A program made the position numbers and the translations under genes. DNA of 64,000 nucleotides from positions 434,001 to 498,000 of the forward strand of contig BCIN01000002.1 in assembly GCA_039545335.1 (NCBI GenBank). Reading direction: 5' to 3'. This document shows positions 1 to 11,807 of this stretch, in pieces; the stretch's first letter is position 1; every line of letters starts with the position of its first letter. Source of the stretch: Kondoa subrosea (lineage: Eukaryota). The notes under the pieces were generated by a model. It was not told the origin of the DNA. It was given only the letters and a program-made list of their open reading frames with translations, and searched no databases.

Positions 1-1310
1 CTATCGTACCCATTTCGTCAGCGAAGCACTGACTTTTGGCTTGATCCCGGATTCGTTTGCCGTACATCTTAAACAACGCCTGAATCGAAGTAAGCCCTAG
101 TCATCGTGCTTGTTCGACTCGTTTCTGATGAATACTGCAGCGATTGGTCCTATTAGAACTGCTCGTCGTCTGCATGGTTTCATTCGTGGTTCTAGAATTC
201 GCTATATGGTCAGTTGAAGTTGACTACAGCTGTCGAAAGAGAGCTAAAGAGTCAAAATTCTGCTGACAGTCACTCTGGCAACGAGCCGAAGCTTTCTATG
301 CTGCTATCGACCCTCTGCTCAGCTTCGACCTATTCTCTGGCATGATTGCTTTCCCAATTGCTTTGGCTTGGGGAGGAGTGAGTGGTATGAATCTTCCGCT
401 AGGAATTTACTGATCGATCTCACTGCAGTTCCTTGTTCCCGTCATGAATATTCCAGAACTGCATATGCTTATTCGCGTGCTCTGGGTTGCTACTATGTTG
501 GAGAGACTACATGAAGTGGTCTTTTGTTATCCCACTGGTAAGTCAAAGCTACTCGGATTTTAATTACTGGCTAACGGGACTTTTCAAAGGCAATCCTACA
601 ACTCGTCAACTTATCCAGCAAGGCACCTTCCTCGCGCCTTACCAGATGTTCAGCATCATTGGCGCTATTCTTCCCTTCAAACGAAGTGCTCAACAGCCTG
701 GCTGGGTTCAGGAACTTACTCCAAAAGAAAGAGATTCAAAAGCGAGAAAAGGTTTCTTCGCTCGAGTGCGATCTATCCTCATCGATTGGGGCTCCGTTCT
801 GCACTTAGCTTTAATCATCTGCATTCTTCTTGCCGTGGCTCTATCGGCTGCAGCTATCATTCAGCCTGCAGTAAGCAAATCTAGAACCGCTCGTCAAGCA
901 TGCTGTAAGTCTCTCTTCTATTGGAATTGTGCCACACATACTCATGGAGGACTTAGTGATGCTACTCTTAACTATTGGCTGGCCCTCACTCCACTGGTTG
1001 GATATTGTTCTTGCGTGCTGGACACCAATGTAAGCAACCCGATGCCTTCCTTGTCACGACTTAGCCTGACGACTTAGCCTGACTGTCTATACTTAGTGCT
1101 TATGTTCTCTTCCCTCCTACTGTACCATCAAGAGACAGCCTGCTGGTCAGAGAACCGATTACTGGAGTAGCCAAACCAGCCGAAGACGCAAAGAGCGAAG
1201 CTCCCTACTGCAAGAATCACAGCCTGGAAGGCGTCATCACTTTCTGCACAACTTCATATATCACAGCTATCTTTATTCTCACTTTCATCGGTAAAGGGTT
1301 GGACATGTAA
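1..1310 (+). CDS. Cellulose-synthase-like GT2 glycosyltransferase, 3' part (5' end outside window), multi-exon
   Basis: Spliced translation YRTHFVSEALTFGLIPDSFAVHLKQRLNR|TIGPIRTA, several TM segments, then AYVLFPPTVPSRDSLLVREPITGVAKP, typical of fungal CesA-like GT2. Stop TAA at 1308-1310. Confidence 0.8.
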
Positions 1311-1466
1311 AAATCGTTTGAAAATGGTCGTTTTTTCTTTGAGTATCTTAATTTGTAATATGCATTATATTGAGTCCTGTGAACGATCACTAGACGGTTG
1401 TGACTTGATTCCTCTATTTTCTGCAATTTGCATCATTTGATTGGTTCCAACTTTCTACTCTAATCC

Positions 1467-3134
1467 ATGAACCAATTAGAGCAGCGAGACTTTGATGTGG
1501 TCATTCGTGGTACTGGACTCGCTCAATGCATCCTAGCAGCGTCTGCTACACTCTCTTCCTCAGCTCGATGACACGAAACTCAAGTTGTGTTTGAATCAGT
1601 GCTCTGGCTCGGAATGGCCAATCTGTCTTACATTTGGATGAGAACCCATACTATGGATCACATGAAGCTAGTTTCTCACTGGAAGAACTTATAGAATGGG
1701 CTGAGAAACAGCAATCGCGTTACTCGAATGTCGACTATGCTTTTGAGAGTACTCAGACGGAAGCAGACATGATGAAGAAGAGTAGAAAATACGCTTTATC
1801 TCTCAAACCTGTGCTTGTTCCTGCCAACGGTCCATTTATCGATACATTGGTCAAGAGCGGTGTTGCTGCCTATACCAATTTCCGTTTGCTTGAAACGATT
1901 GTTATCTACCAGTCGGGGAAATTCAAAAGGGTACCTTCGTCAAAAGAAGACGTCTTCAAGACGGATGAGCTTAGTTTGATGGATAAACGCAGGTTGATGA
2001 AATTCTTGACGTTCGCTGGTGGTGATTTTGAAGAGTCAGATCTTCTACGAGGTAATCCAATTCTTGATCCACACTGTCTGTTGCTCATGCCAGCCCAAAG
2101 ATAATGCTTCGATTGGTCAACTGCTTCGAAACAAATTCAGCTTATCTGGTTCTTTGCTGGATGTCGTTCTGTATGCAGTCTGCTTCAGTCAATCAGAACA
2201 AGGTATACATACTCGTAGTGTACAGCCAACGCTATTTGCTGATTGGCAAAATCTCAGATGATGTATCTACTACGCTACGCAATCTGCGCAAGTATCTTCG
2301 CTCAATGGGCCGCTATGGTAGCTCCTCTTTCCTCATTGGACAATATGGAGGGATTGGAGAGATATCACAAGGCTTCTGCAGGTCTGCACATACCTCGCTT
2401 GACTAGTAACGTCATTGAACGATTCTCGTAGGGTTTGCGCAGTCAACGGCGGTACTTACATGCTCGAACAACACGCTACTCTCGAGCCTAACGATGCAGC
2501 AAGTCAACGTCAACATATAGTCTTAGCAGGTCAAAGCTCCATCACAGCTAAATCAACTGTCGGATTTGATCAAAAGACCTCAGGATCTACCTCTTGCTGC
2601 AGAGTGATCATTATCCTCTCTAAACCCTTACAACTCTCTTCTTCAGCTAAAGTTACTTTACGCCATTCCGATGTCCTACCGTCCGCAAGTACCGAAGAAG
2701 CACTTCAACTAGCAGAAACGGCTTGTGTTATCTTCCCGCCTCAATCTCTGGATAATGAGAGTCCGGTCACTGTTATAATGCACGGAGAAGGAACAATGTC
2801 ATGTCCGGTTGGTCAATGTAAGTTGACCACGCTTCGCTTGGAAATACGATTCTGATAAGGAAGTTCAGATGTATTATATCTATCGTGTGAATCAAGTGGT
2901 CACGCTAAAACGATTCTACAACCTTTTGTGCAAGAATTATTGGCGGAACTCTGTCCTTCCAACGATGAAGGCTCTCCTATTCTGTTCTCGCTTTACTACA
3001 ATGAATCTTCATCATTCAGCACAGCAACAGAGTACTGTGATAGTGCATTGCAACAAGCTGAGCAGTGGTATCGGTCTATCGTTGGCGAAGCAGCAGGCGA
3101 ACTCTTTAGACAAACAGAAAATGAAGACGATTGA
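1467..3134 (+). CDS. MRS6: Rab escort protein / GDI family (Rab GGTase component A), 6 exons
   Basis: FDVVIRGTGLAQCILAA, LHLDENPYYG, RVPSSKEDVFKTDELSLMDKRRLMKFL, YGGIGEISQGFCR..CAVNGGTYML. GT-AG introns restore the frame. Confidence 0.88.
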
Positions 3135-3170
3135 CCGATTACATTGCTTTCTTCTATCTTATCTTTGCTA

Positions 3171-4094
3171 TTATACACCAACACTCCGCTCCCAATCAGT
3201 ATTGCCACACTGTGGTATAAATGAATGATCTGGCAAACCTTTCTCGAGTGGTAACTTACATTACTCAGGATCGCAGGAACGGGCGGTACAATGAAATCGA
3301 AGCCTTGAGTAAGATTGGAAGGTGCAATGAAGCTATTCAGCATATCTGGCGCTTCCTCCTCTTCTTCTCCTTCTTCTTCTTCAATGTCTTCGCTTCTGTT
3401 CCTCTTCTTTCCTTTCCTCTTCGACGTCTTCGTTGGTAGATTGGAGGAAGTAGAAAGGCCATCACGAGCTTCAAAGAAATCAACCAGGAAGTCGTAAGTG
3501 TCACTTCCCGCAACCGCTGCTCCAACATCCGCTTTGCAAATTGTTTTCCGGTTTCCCCTCTCAGCAGCCAGCCAAGCTCGACCAGCGAGTTCCGCAATGA
3601 ATACTGCAAGTAGAATTGTCAAATGAATTGATGTGATGCAAATGGGAGGACAAACTTTCGCAAGCTTTAGAAAGAAGAATTGGTACTTCTGCAGCAATCA
3701 TCTGCAACAGCGTTTATCAACAATCTGGAGAAGAGATAGCTAGGTGATGGAAGAGCGAACCTTCACATCTGGATCAGCTTTCATCACTTTCTTGATTCTG
3801 GCAAGAGGAAGAGCATGTTTCTTGAAGGAGACTTCAGCATTCTCGGCGATATCCTACAAGAAGTATAAGCAGTGCAAGCAACAGTAAGAGGGAATAAGGC
3901 CGAACGCAGTGGTGTGCCCAAAATGCTGTTTGAAAGTCATCAACTTCTTCACCCTTTTGTATTGCGTAATGTGTTTGTCCTGTAGATGTAGGCGGAGTGA
4001 TTCTAGCCTATCATAACGCATTAGAGAGCATTACAGCATCATCTGAGCGACTTACCTTCTTTCGACTTGGGCCTGCTTCAGGTTGATCTGACAT
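3171..4094 (-). CDS. NF-YC/Hap5-like histone-fold protein (divergent)
   Basis: Spliced KHALPLARIKKVMKADPDVK|MIAAEVPIL..KACE|IFIAELAGRAW...SDTYDFLVDF, then basic and acidic tail. Last-exon boundary inferred. Confidence 0.8.
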
Positions 4095-4487
4095 GTTTTT
4101 CGAGCTTCAAAGCGTGCATAGAGGTAGTGCGAGAATAAGGAATGCACTCAGCTGGACGGCAAAGCTTCAGGTCTTCTCGATGGTTCGGAAAGAACCAATC
4201 AGATAAGAATTTCCGTGACTGTGATCTGTTGTGAACGGCACGATTTATGCGCCTGGTTTTTGAAAATGCTGCTATAGTGTCGCACTATTATAGGCCTCTC
4301 TTATATACAGTTAAACGCTCTTGTTGTGATGCGGGCTCGTTGGCATCTCGGGTGCTCATTTTTGAGGTGACAAAGTGACTCGCAAACAGAAGCGCAATAC
4401 ATAACTTTGCATATCTTTGAGTAAGATAGATCTCTTATACACAGGCTATCCTGCAATCTTTCTTTTGCCTCTTCCCAAACACCGCTA

Positions 4488-5941
4488 TCATTCCAATAGC
4501 TCTTCCGCGTAATCGTCCAAATAGATGATACGCAACTTGCCGTCTTTAGCTTTCTTTGTCTCCCTTTGCAATTCTTTCCAAACCCAACTTGTTCCTTCTT
4601 TGAAAGCGACAATTTCCACATTCATTCCAGCAGACAAAGCTGCTTTAGCGCAACCAAGGAAACCATCCGTAGAGTATTCGGATGCCGCTCCATCACCTGT
4701 AGCGAGTACAAGCGTTGCGCCTTCTAATTGATGGCGATGCTCAAACAAGCATGCGTAGATTTTGCCATGTAAGACCTAGTGATTCCATGATCTTAGATTA
4801 CGCTCAACGGAAGAAAGATGGAGCACATACCTCATCTACAGCCTGTTCTTTAGCCGACATGGACATTTTATCGCCTTTCCCAGTTCGTTTGCTTTTATTT
4901 TTCGCATAATCCGAATCTGAGCTTTCTCCTTTATCCTCACTTTCATCCGTTCCGAATCCCATTCTATATTCTTTCTCTTCACTACCCACATACGCAGTTG
5001 TTTGCCTAGTAGATTTAACTACTCTATCCAACAAATGGATTTCATATTTCCAATCCCTCTGAACTACTTCTAAACCTTGATGTAAAGGATATGAACCAAC
5101 CAAAACTTTACGTTGAACTGGTCGACCTCTTTCAAAGATACCGAAAAAAGAATGATAATCCAATCTAGGTCTTCGAGGATGAGTAGCTTGAGCTGCTAAA
5201 GTTTGATGTGCTCTTAGATAATTTAGAAAACCATACATGAGATTAGAATGATCGATGAATGAGAAATGAAGAGGTTGTTGTTTAGATGTGATAGGAGCAG
5301 GTAAGAAAGGGTTGCGATTGATAAATGATTCAGATGGAAAAGATGAAGCTAATTTAGCTAGTAGTGATCGGGAACGATCTTCTGGTGTTCTTGATGCTAA
5401 TTGTTGGTAACAAGAGGGTTTAGCAGGTCGCAAATGAGGTGGAATCGCTAGAGCGGGAGGTCGATCTGGTGGAGAATATTGAGAAGGTGACGACCCCAAG
5501 ATAGCAGGAGGTATATGTGCTACTTCATCTTCCAGTTGCTCAAAAGACATTGCTTTGGCAGCTTCTTTGGCTCGCTTGCGTAGTTTCTTGCAGTTACGTT
5601 TCTTGCTGGAACGAATGACCAAAGGCTTGGTGGGTGAGGTTCTTTCGGCATCCAGTGCTTCTAGAACTCGTGTGTACTTGAGCTTCTCTGCCGCAAGATA
5701 GGCAAAGACTAGATAAATCGGCATATGAGATTAGAGCTCCCCGCTGCAATTTGTGAGCAAACTTACTATCGCTGAAGTCTCCCAAGATAGCATTATCCTC
5801 ATCAGATGATAATTCTGTTGAATCCGCTTCGTCCAAAGCAATGTAGGATTGGGTGACCTGTGGCGACTGATCGATGTACTTCTCATCAAGAGAAGGCTGA
5901 GCCGTAACGATGCGAAATGTGGGTAGTGTAGTAGTAACCAT
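4488..5941 (-). CDS. NYN/LabA-like PIN-domain protein
   Basis: FIDHSNL, EQAVDE and LVLATGDG...GF acidic PIN motifs. An intron near 5710-5770 joins LGDFSD|IFAYL. Confidence 0.75.
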
Positions 5942-6122
5942 GAGACGGGAATGTAGCCAAGATGAAAGAGAGGGGGTATCGTGATTGTATGAGTTTAAGC
6001 GGTAATGATAAAGCGAATCGACTTGGAAATGGGAATCAGTGGTAAACAAAGGGAAGAGCGACGAGCACGGCTGCAGCAAGACGCGACGGTGCACTACTGG
6101 GCAGCAAGAGGCTAGCGCGATA

Positions 6123-7988
6123 ATGACAGAGGATCTCAGAACCCTGCTCTGCGAATTCGCTCAAAAAGACAATTCAAGTCTAGGGCAAAGTTATGCTCGA
6201 TTGGCACATCTTCTGCAATCAGAAGACAAGGATGTCACTCGCAAGTATGGTGATATCGTACATGATTGGCTGTCTGGAACAAATGAAGACGAATACCTCA
6301 AAGCTCTGACTGCTCTATCCGTGCTTTTCGAGTTGGACCCTTCTCGAGCTGTCATAATCTGCAACAGCAATGGATTGGACTCTCTGTTGATCGAAGTAGC
6401 AGAAGAAATCGTTTCTTCCTCCAATAATGACCTGAAACAGACTTTGGCCAATCTCATCAATGGAGCAGCAACACACTCTTCCGCTCGAGATCTCGTCAAG
6501 AAGCTCAATGCAGAAGCATGGTTGGATTCCGTAGCTCTCAGCAAACTCACTGAAGCGAATTCAAGTCTTCAACTCACTTGCGCTGTTGCCTTGATCAAGC
6601 TCAGGTTCGTTTCAAAATCTGGCATGGGCAAGGAAGAAAATCAGAATGTCCGCAAAGACTTTCCCAAACTTGGCATATTACTTCTTTCGCACTTGAAAGA
6701 CACAGTGAACTTGCAAGTTTGCCTTGAAGGACTAGCTATCTTAACTTTACTACCTGACTTTCGCACTTCTATACCTTCTGATGCACTCAAGAGAATATGT
6801 TCCCTCTTACCTAAATTATCTGAAAATGCAATAGAACACCAAAATCGTCTCTTCAGCTTGATTACCATACTGGAGAATCTCACTTCGTACAAGCCAGTCC
6901 TAGATAACGATACAGAGGCAGCAGAGAAGTTACGCAAGCTCTCAATGAAGAATGACGGAACGGAGGAGGCCAAATGGGAAGATGATGCGGTCATCGATAA
7001 GAGGATACAGCAATTGCTTTCGTTCGGTATGATGGAAGTCGTAGCTCAAGCTGCTCGTTCGTCAAGCGATACAGCAAGAAGTACGTCTGGCAACATCTTG
7101 CTTAACCTTACTAGACAAGCACCGCTTCGAGGGCAATTGATCCAGCAAGGCGCAGCAAAAATGTGCTTGAAGATTATTGGACAAGCACCAGCGAATGGGT
7201 TCCCTCTAGCAGCTTGTCAAGCATTAGCTCGACTCCTCATCACTTCTAATCCACTTTTAGTTCTCGGTCCAACCGTTACTTCACCTCTACTGCAAGACGC
7301 AACAACTCATCTAGCTACCTCACTCACTCACCCATCATCCACATCATTATCTCAATTCGAGTCCTTACTCGCCTTAACCAATCTTACTTCTCTTTCCGAA
7401 GCTCTACGAACACATTTCATCCTTCAACCAAAAGTAATGGACAAAGTCGAATCTTTCCTACTTACTTCCGGATCAGATTACGCTTCCACTATGACCCGTA
7501 GAGCAGCAATGGAACTCTTAAACAATTTAGTCCTTTCTGAAAAAGGTTTCACTTTCTTTACTCAAGATACTCAAGGATTGGATTCGATTGATATTAAAGC
7601 GGAAGAACCAGCAGCTAAATATCGAACGCGATTACATTTGGTCTTGGCTTTATGTGATGTAGAAGATTTGGAAACTAGGTTAGCTGCAAGTGGAGCGTTG
7701 AGCGTGCTGGTGGTCAGTATGAGGGTGTGCGCTTTCTTGTTGAGTGAGAAAATGGTGGAAAGGACTTTAAACAATCTTGGTGCTTTGTTGATGGATCAAG
7801 ATGAAGGATCGGAACAGAGAGGAATTGCTATTGTCGGTGCTTTAGTGGAAAGAGCTGGGGTTTTCGATACGGCAAAGAAGCTGAAAGCGTCTGACATCGA
7901 GAAGGGCTTGATTCAACTCACAAAGAGCAAGGATGAACAGATGGCAGAAGCGGCGAGCGCGATTCTGGAAGAATTGCAGGATCTCTAG
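6123..7988 (+). CDS. SHE4: UCS-domain myosin chaperone (She4/UNC-45/CRO1)
   Basis: Single ARM-repeat ORF with RGQLIQQGA, QALARLLITSNPLLV, QFESLLALTNLTS, RRAAMELLNNL, TRLAASGAL. Confidence 0.88.
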   Translation: MTEDLRTLLCEFAQKDNSSLGQSYARLAHLLQSEDKDVTRKYGDIVHDWLSGTNEDEYLKALTALSVLFELDPSRAVIICNSNGLDSLLIEVAEEIVSSSNNDLKQTLANLINGAATHSSARDLVKKLNAEAWLDSVALSKLTEANSSLQLTCAVALIKLRFVSKSGMGKEENQNVRKDFPKLGILLLSHLKDTVNLQVCLEGLAILTLLPDFRTSIPSDALKRICSLLPKLSENAIEHQNRLFSLITILENLTSYKPVLDNDTEAAEKLRKLSMKNDGTEEAKWEDDAVIDKRIQQLLSFGMMEVVAQAARSSSDTARSTSGNILLNLTRQAPLRGQLIQQGAAKMCLKIIGQAPANGFPLAACQALARLLITSNPLLVLGPTVTSPLLQDATTHLATSLTHPSSTSLSQFESLLALTNLTSLSEALRTHFILQPKVMDKVESFLLTSGSDYASTMTRRAAMELLNNLVLSEKGFTFFTQDTQGLDSIDIKAEEPAAKYRTRLHLVLALCDVEDLETRLAASGALSVLVVSMRVCAFLLSEKMVERTLNNLGALLMDQDEGSEQRGIAIVGALVERAGVFDTAKKLKASDIEKGLIQLTKSKDEQMAEAASAILEELQDL

Positions 7989-8373
7989 GTAAGCAGATAT
8001 TGGATCCATCGACTATCGTCTGATGTCTGTTTGACAGATTGAGGCAACCTTATTCAATTCGAAGAGGTCTATGCTGCCATTGTCTTGCCATACCGAGGCT
8101 TCCACTGGCTTGCGCCAGGGTGACCAGTGAGTCTAGATGGGCATATATTCCTGTATCCGGGTCTGATCATTCTGAACTTTGGTGAAACAGCACGCAGACG
8201 TATTGCGCTAAAGTGTAATATAATTGCACCGCAACATAATGCTAAAATAATGCGGAAAGCAAATTACAATGTCAAGTATAATAAAGGAAGAGAAACGAAG
8301 TAATTCTATACTTATTCATACATGGTTGCGTCTACGATGAATCTCTTGACATTCACACTCTTGCTGCGGTGAT

Positions 8374-9706
8374 TCAAACCGAAATCCCGGTCAACATGAA
8401 CTCTTCACCGTATACTCTGATTTTTCCAGCTCTCAATCCATAAGTATCAAACACATCTTCGCCTCCAGTATCAGCCTTTTCGATACTGTAACCCGATTGT
8501 TGCGACGAGTGAGGTGTTCTTCTGTCCATCTCATGACCAGAATCGATAGACCGAGATAAAGACGGTGTGCTTGCAGCCGCAGCAAGTGGTAGAAGAGGCG
8601 CTGAATGTATTCTAATCTGTTTCGGCTTGGTAGGTGATGGAGTCGAGAGCAATGTATCGAGACTAGATCCAGAATTCCCAGAATTGGGATCTCGTTTTTG
8701 AGGCGAAAGAGCTGGAGTACTTTGAGCTTCAGAATGACGACGACGACGAATAAGATCCTAGCGCAACAGATTAGCCTGAAAGAACAAGAAAGAACATAGC
8801 GGTAAAGCTTACATCGCGAATAGGAGATATGTCGAAAATCTCGGTGACGCTTGGTCGAGGTGGAGAAGAGTTGACTCTTGCCCGCAGTATGGCTGGAGAT
8901 CTAGAAGGTGATCTTGCAAGAGGTGAAATTTCATTAATGAGATCCAGTCCAACAGACGGAACTTTCTCTTTCTTGACTGGTCGAGAGACAACATCAAACG
9001 ATCTCCTCCTTCCACCTCCGCCTCCGCTACTATCATTCTCGTCCGTTGCGCTACCTTGAGAAATATCGGCGTCGTGACCTGATGATTCGGAGGATTGCTT
9101 GTTCAAGCGAGTAGTTGCTCCACGTCCCGGTAACATGAGCAATGGTAAAGAGAAGCTCCTTCGATTATCTGGTCTTTGAGGTGCTTTGGAGACCAGGAGG
9201 GTTTCTTCTCTTGTGGTAGATTGAAATAAGCTAGATCCTCGATCAGCCAAAGGAGGAAGAGGGTTAGAAAGAGAAGGTGTAAGTTGAGCATAATGAGCGC
9301 TAGGAGATGGTGGAGCTCTTCTTTTGCGCAAACGATTGGGTGTTTCACCGTTGCTGGAGGCAGAAGAAGGCGCTCGACCAGAAAGACGTCGAACCAGCTT
9401 TGGTAAGAAGGAAGAGACTGGCGATGTTCCACTGCCGCCTTCTGATGTACCGCTACTGTGACCATTCCATCTAAAATCCTCCTTTTCCAAAGGAGTCGGT
9501 GGAGCAGATTTGGCAGCCATGGCAAGATTGATTTGAGATTTGCTTAGACCAGCTAAACGAAGTCTATCCTCTTCAAATGGATCTGTAAGTACACCAGTCA
9601 ACTATTCTCAGATTCACATTAGCTCAAATTGAACATGTGTCAATATAGTAACCGATAGAAACGCACCGACAATTCCTCTTCGTCTGGACAAGGCGAATCC
9701 AAGCAT
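8374..9706 (-). CDS. Hypothetical Ser/Pro/Arg-rich disordered protein, 3 exons
   Basis: Two long ORFs joined by a canonical intron. First exon MLGFALSRRRGIV followed by a gtgcgt donor. Confidence 0.6.
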
Positions 9707-10211
9707 TCCCTGAACCTGGAACCAGCTATTCCATGACTGTCACCAGTTGGCCAACAGACTTCTTCGTCTTGCTCGTGAATTTCAAACATGTTCGATCTTG
9801 GAGCTCGTTGCGCGGGGCACCCGTTTGAGGTTGAGAGAAATTCGAAGGAAAGTCAGGAGTGACTGATTTGCTGTAAAGTGGCAGATCAAGTGGCCTATAA
9901 TGGAGGGCCAGTCGCACAGAAGAAAGGGCAGAGAGGAACAACAAGTTGGGACCTGCTCGCAAATCTAAGGAGGAAGGGGCCGCTTGACAAGCACAAGAGC
10001 GCGCAGATTGCTCAGACAAGCCCGTGTGTCTCGAATGAGTGACTATGCTGTTGAGAACGAAAAGTGGTTGAAGTAGATCAACTAGCCAAAGTTTTTTGAA
10101 ATGAAATATAAATAGGAGCGGAATGCGCGCTAACGCAACGAGACTGGCACCTGGCCTATATTACTATGCACTGCACACACAAATCCGCGAATAACATCAA
10201 ACAGACCCAAA

Positions 10212-11407
10212 TCAATTGGCATAAGCTCGTCCAAGCTTTGTCAACTTGCCGTTCCTGCATGTAAAGCGCGTCAAAACGGCCCGACGAGCGTCTTTTGGCA
10301 AGCTTACGTGATCATGTTGTTCTGCGTGTAGACAAACATCAGTCGCGGGCGAAATTGAAGCAAGAGTAACGAACCTGGAAAGCTCCAAAATAGCTATGGC
10401 GTTGTATTTGCTTCTTGCTGTCGAGGTATTCTGTAAGTTGGAAACGCAGTTGAGCGGCAATCCTGCCCATCCTTCCATCCGACTCACTAGCAGCCTTGGT
10501 CAAGAAGTTCTGCGAAAGTTTGTTGTCCTGTTCACGTCAGCAAGGGACTTAGCATCAGCGTAGTGCTACATCGCAAGACAACGACGAACATTGAGGCCAT
10601 ATTCAGTCACGTATATCTCGTACTTGCCAGAATACTTCTTGATTGCCAAGCTAATTCGACATTCATGAACTGCGGTGCGAAAAGAACAACGGAAAACACT
10701 TACTCAATATGCGATCTGAAAGCACTGAGACTATTACCATACCAATGAATGTTGACGCCTTTGATATTGCATCCTTTGCATTGTTGTAGGAAATTATCGA
10801 GATAAGTGAATCCCATAGGAGCTCCACCATTAGTTACTGCAGGAGCAAAGACTTTGATACCCTTCTTTGAATGAGGTTGGCAATACTTCTTGAAGAAATC
10901 AAGCGATTGCCCAACAGTCATTTCTGCTTGTCCAATTTGATCTGGTTCATTCAAGCAAAGCAAAACTTTGGCTCCATTGGATTTCATGTAATTGGCTAAG
11001 TCAGGTCCAGAAGCGGCTGTCCTATTAGCAGTCGCCAAAGAATGAGTACACATAGGTGAGCTGAGCGGAGTAGAAAGAAGTCACCGAGCCATAGCTACAT
11101 ATTCAATGTTTCGAGGTACATTTGCAGGTTTCCAAGCTTCCCAATTGTATAGCCATGACTGTTCGAAGTCCGCTAATGATAACAGCACCAAATCTGTTCA
11201 ATAAAAGACACGAACCACTTTCTTTGATCCGAAGATGGATGGTTTCCAAGTTTGGTCCCAAGCGTATGCCAAACCTGTAGGAAAAGCCAAATGTCCTTAG
11301 CATTCGAAGATACTAAAGCATTTGCGCGACCTACCTCTTTTGCCTTTCGCTTCGACCGCACCGGGCGCCAAGCAGATTGCCAGACCGAGTAAGATAGCTG
11401 ATTTCAT
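10212..11407 (-). CDS. Secreted GH128/Asl1-like putative beta-1,3-glucanase
   Basis: Signal peptide, KRG|LAY..SWLYNW..IEYVAM, catalytic LNEPD, APAVT, NIHWY, YVTEYG, C-terminal GKLTKLGRAY. Confidence 0.85.
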
Positions 11408-11807
11408 TGCTGTGTATGAGAGTACGAAATGAGTGAATATGAGAGACGCGTCAAGCGTATAGAATAGACAAGGAAAGGGAACGGTTTGAAGACAAGAAGC
11501 GAGCAGTGAGAAGAAACAGAAGGCATGCACAGAGGAAACATGATAGAAGCGACAGAATAATTCAAGCATGGACTCCTATGTGTAAAGAAATGTCGCAAAG
11601 CGGATGCAGTAGTCTGCACAGTTGCTGTCTATCTGCCTGAGATCCAATGGATGAGTAAAGGGTCGAGCTGGCAATTGAATAACTTTCGATGCTGTGCCGC
11701 ATAGTTACAGGCATTGTAGATCCATTGCTGCGGTATATGTCGTGGTCTTATCATCGCTTCATCCCAGATTTTGGATGACCGCACTCTGTTGACCTCGAAC
11801 GAATAAT

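Noticed and set aside
5594..5770. Apparent frameshift between two overlapping minus-strand ORFs
   Set aside because: Explained by a GTAAGT...CTAAT...CTAG intron.
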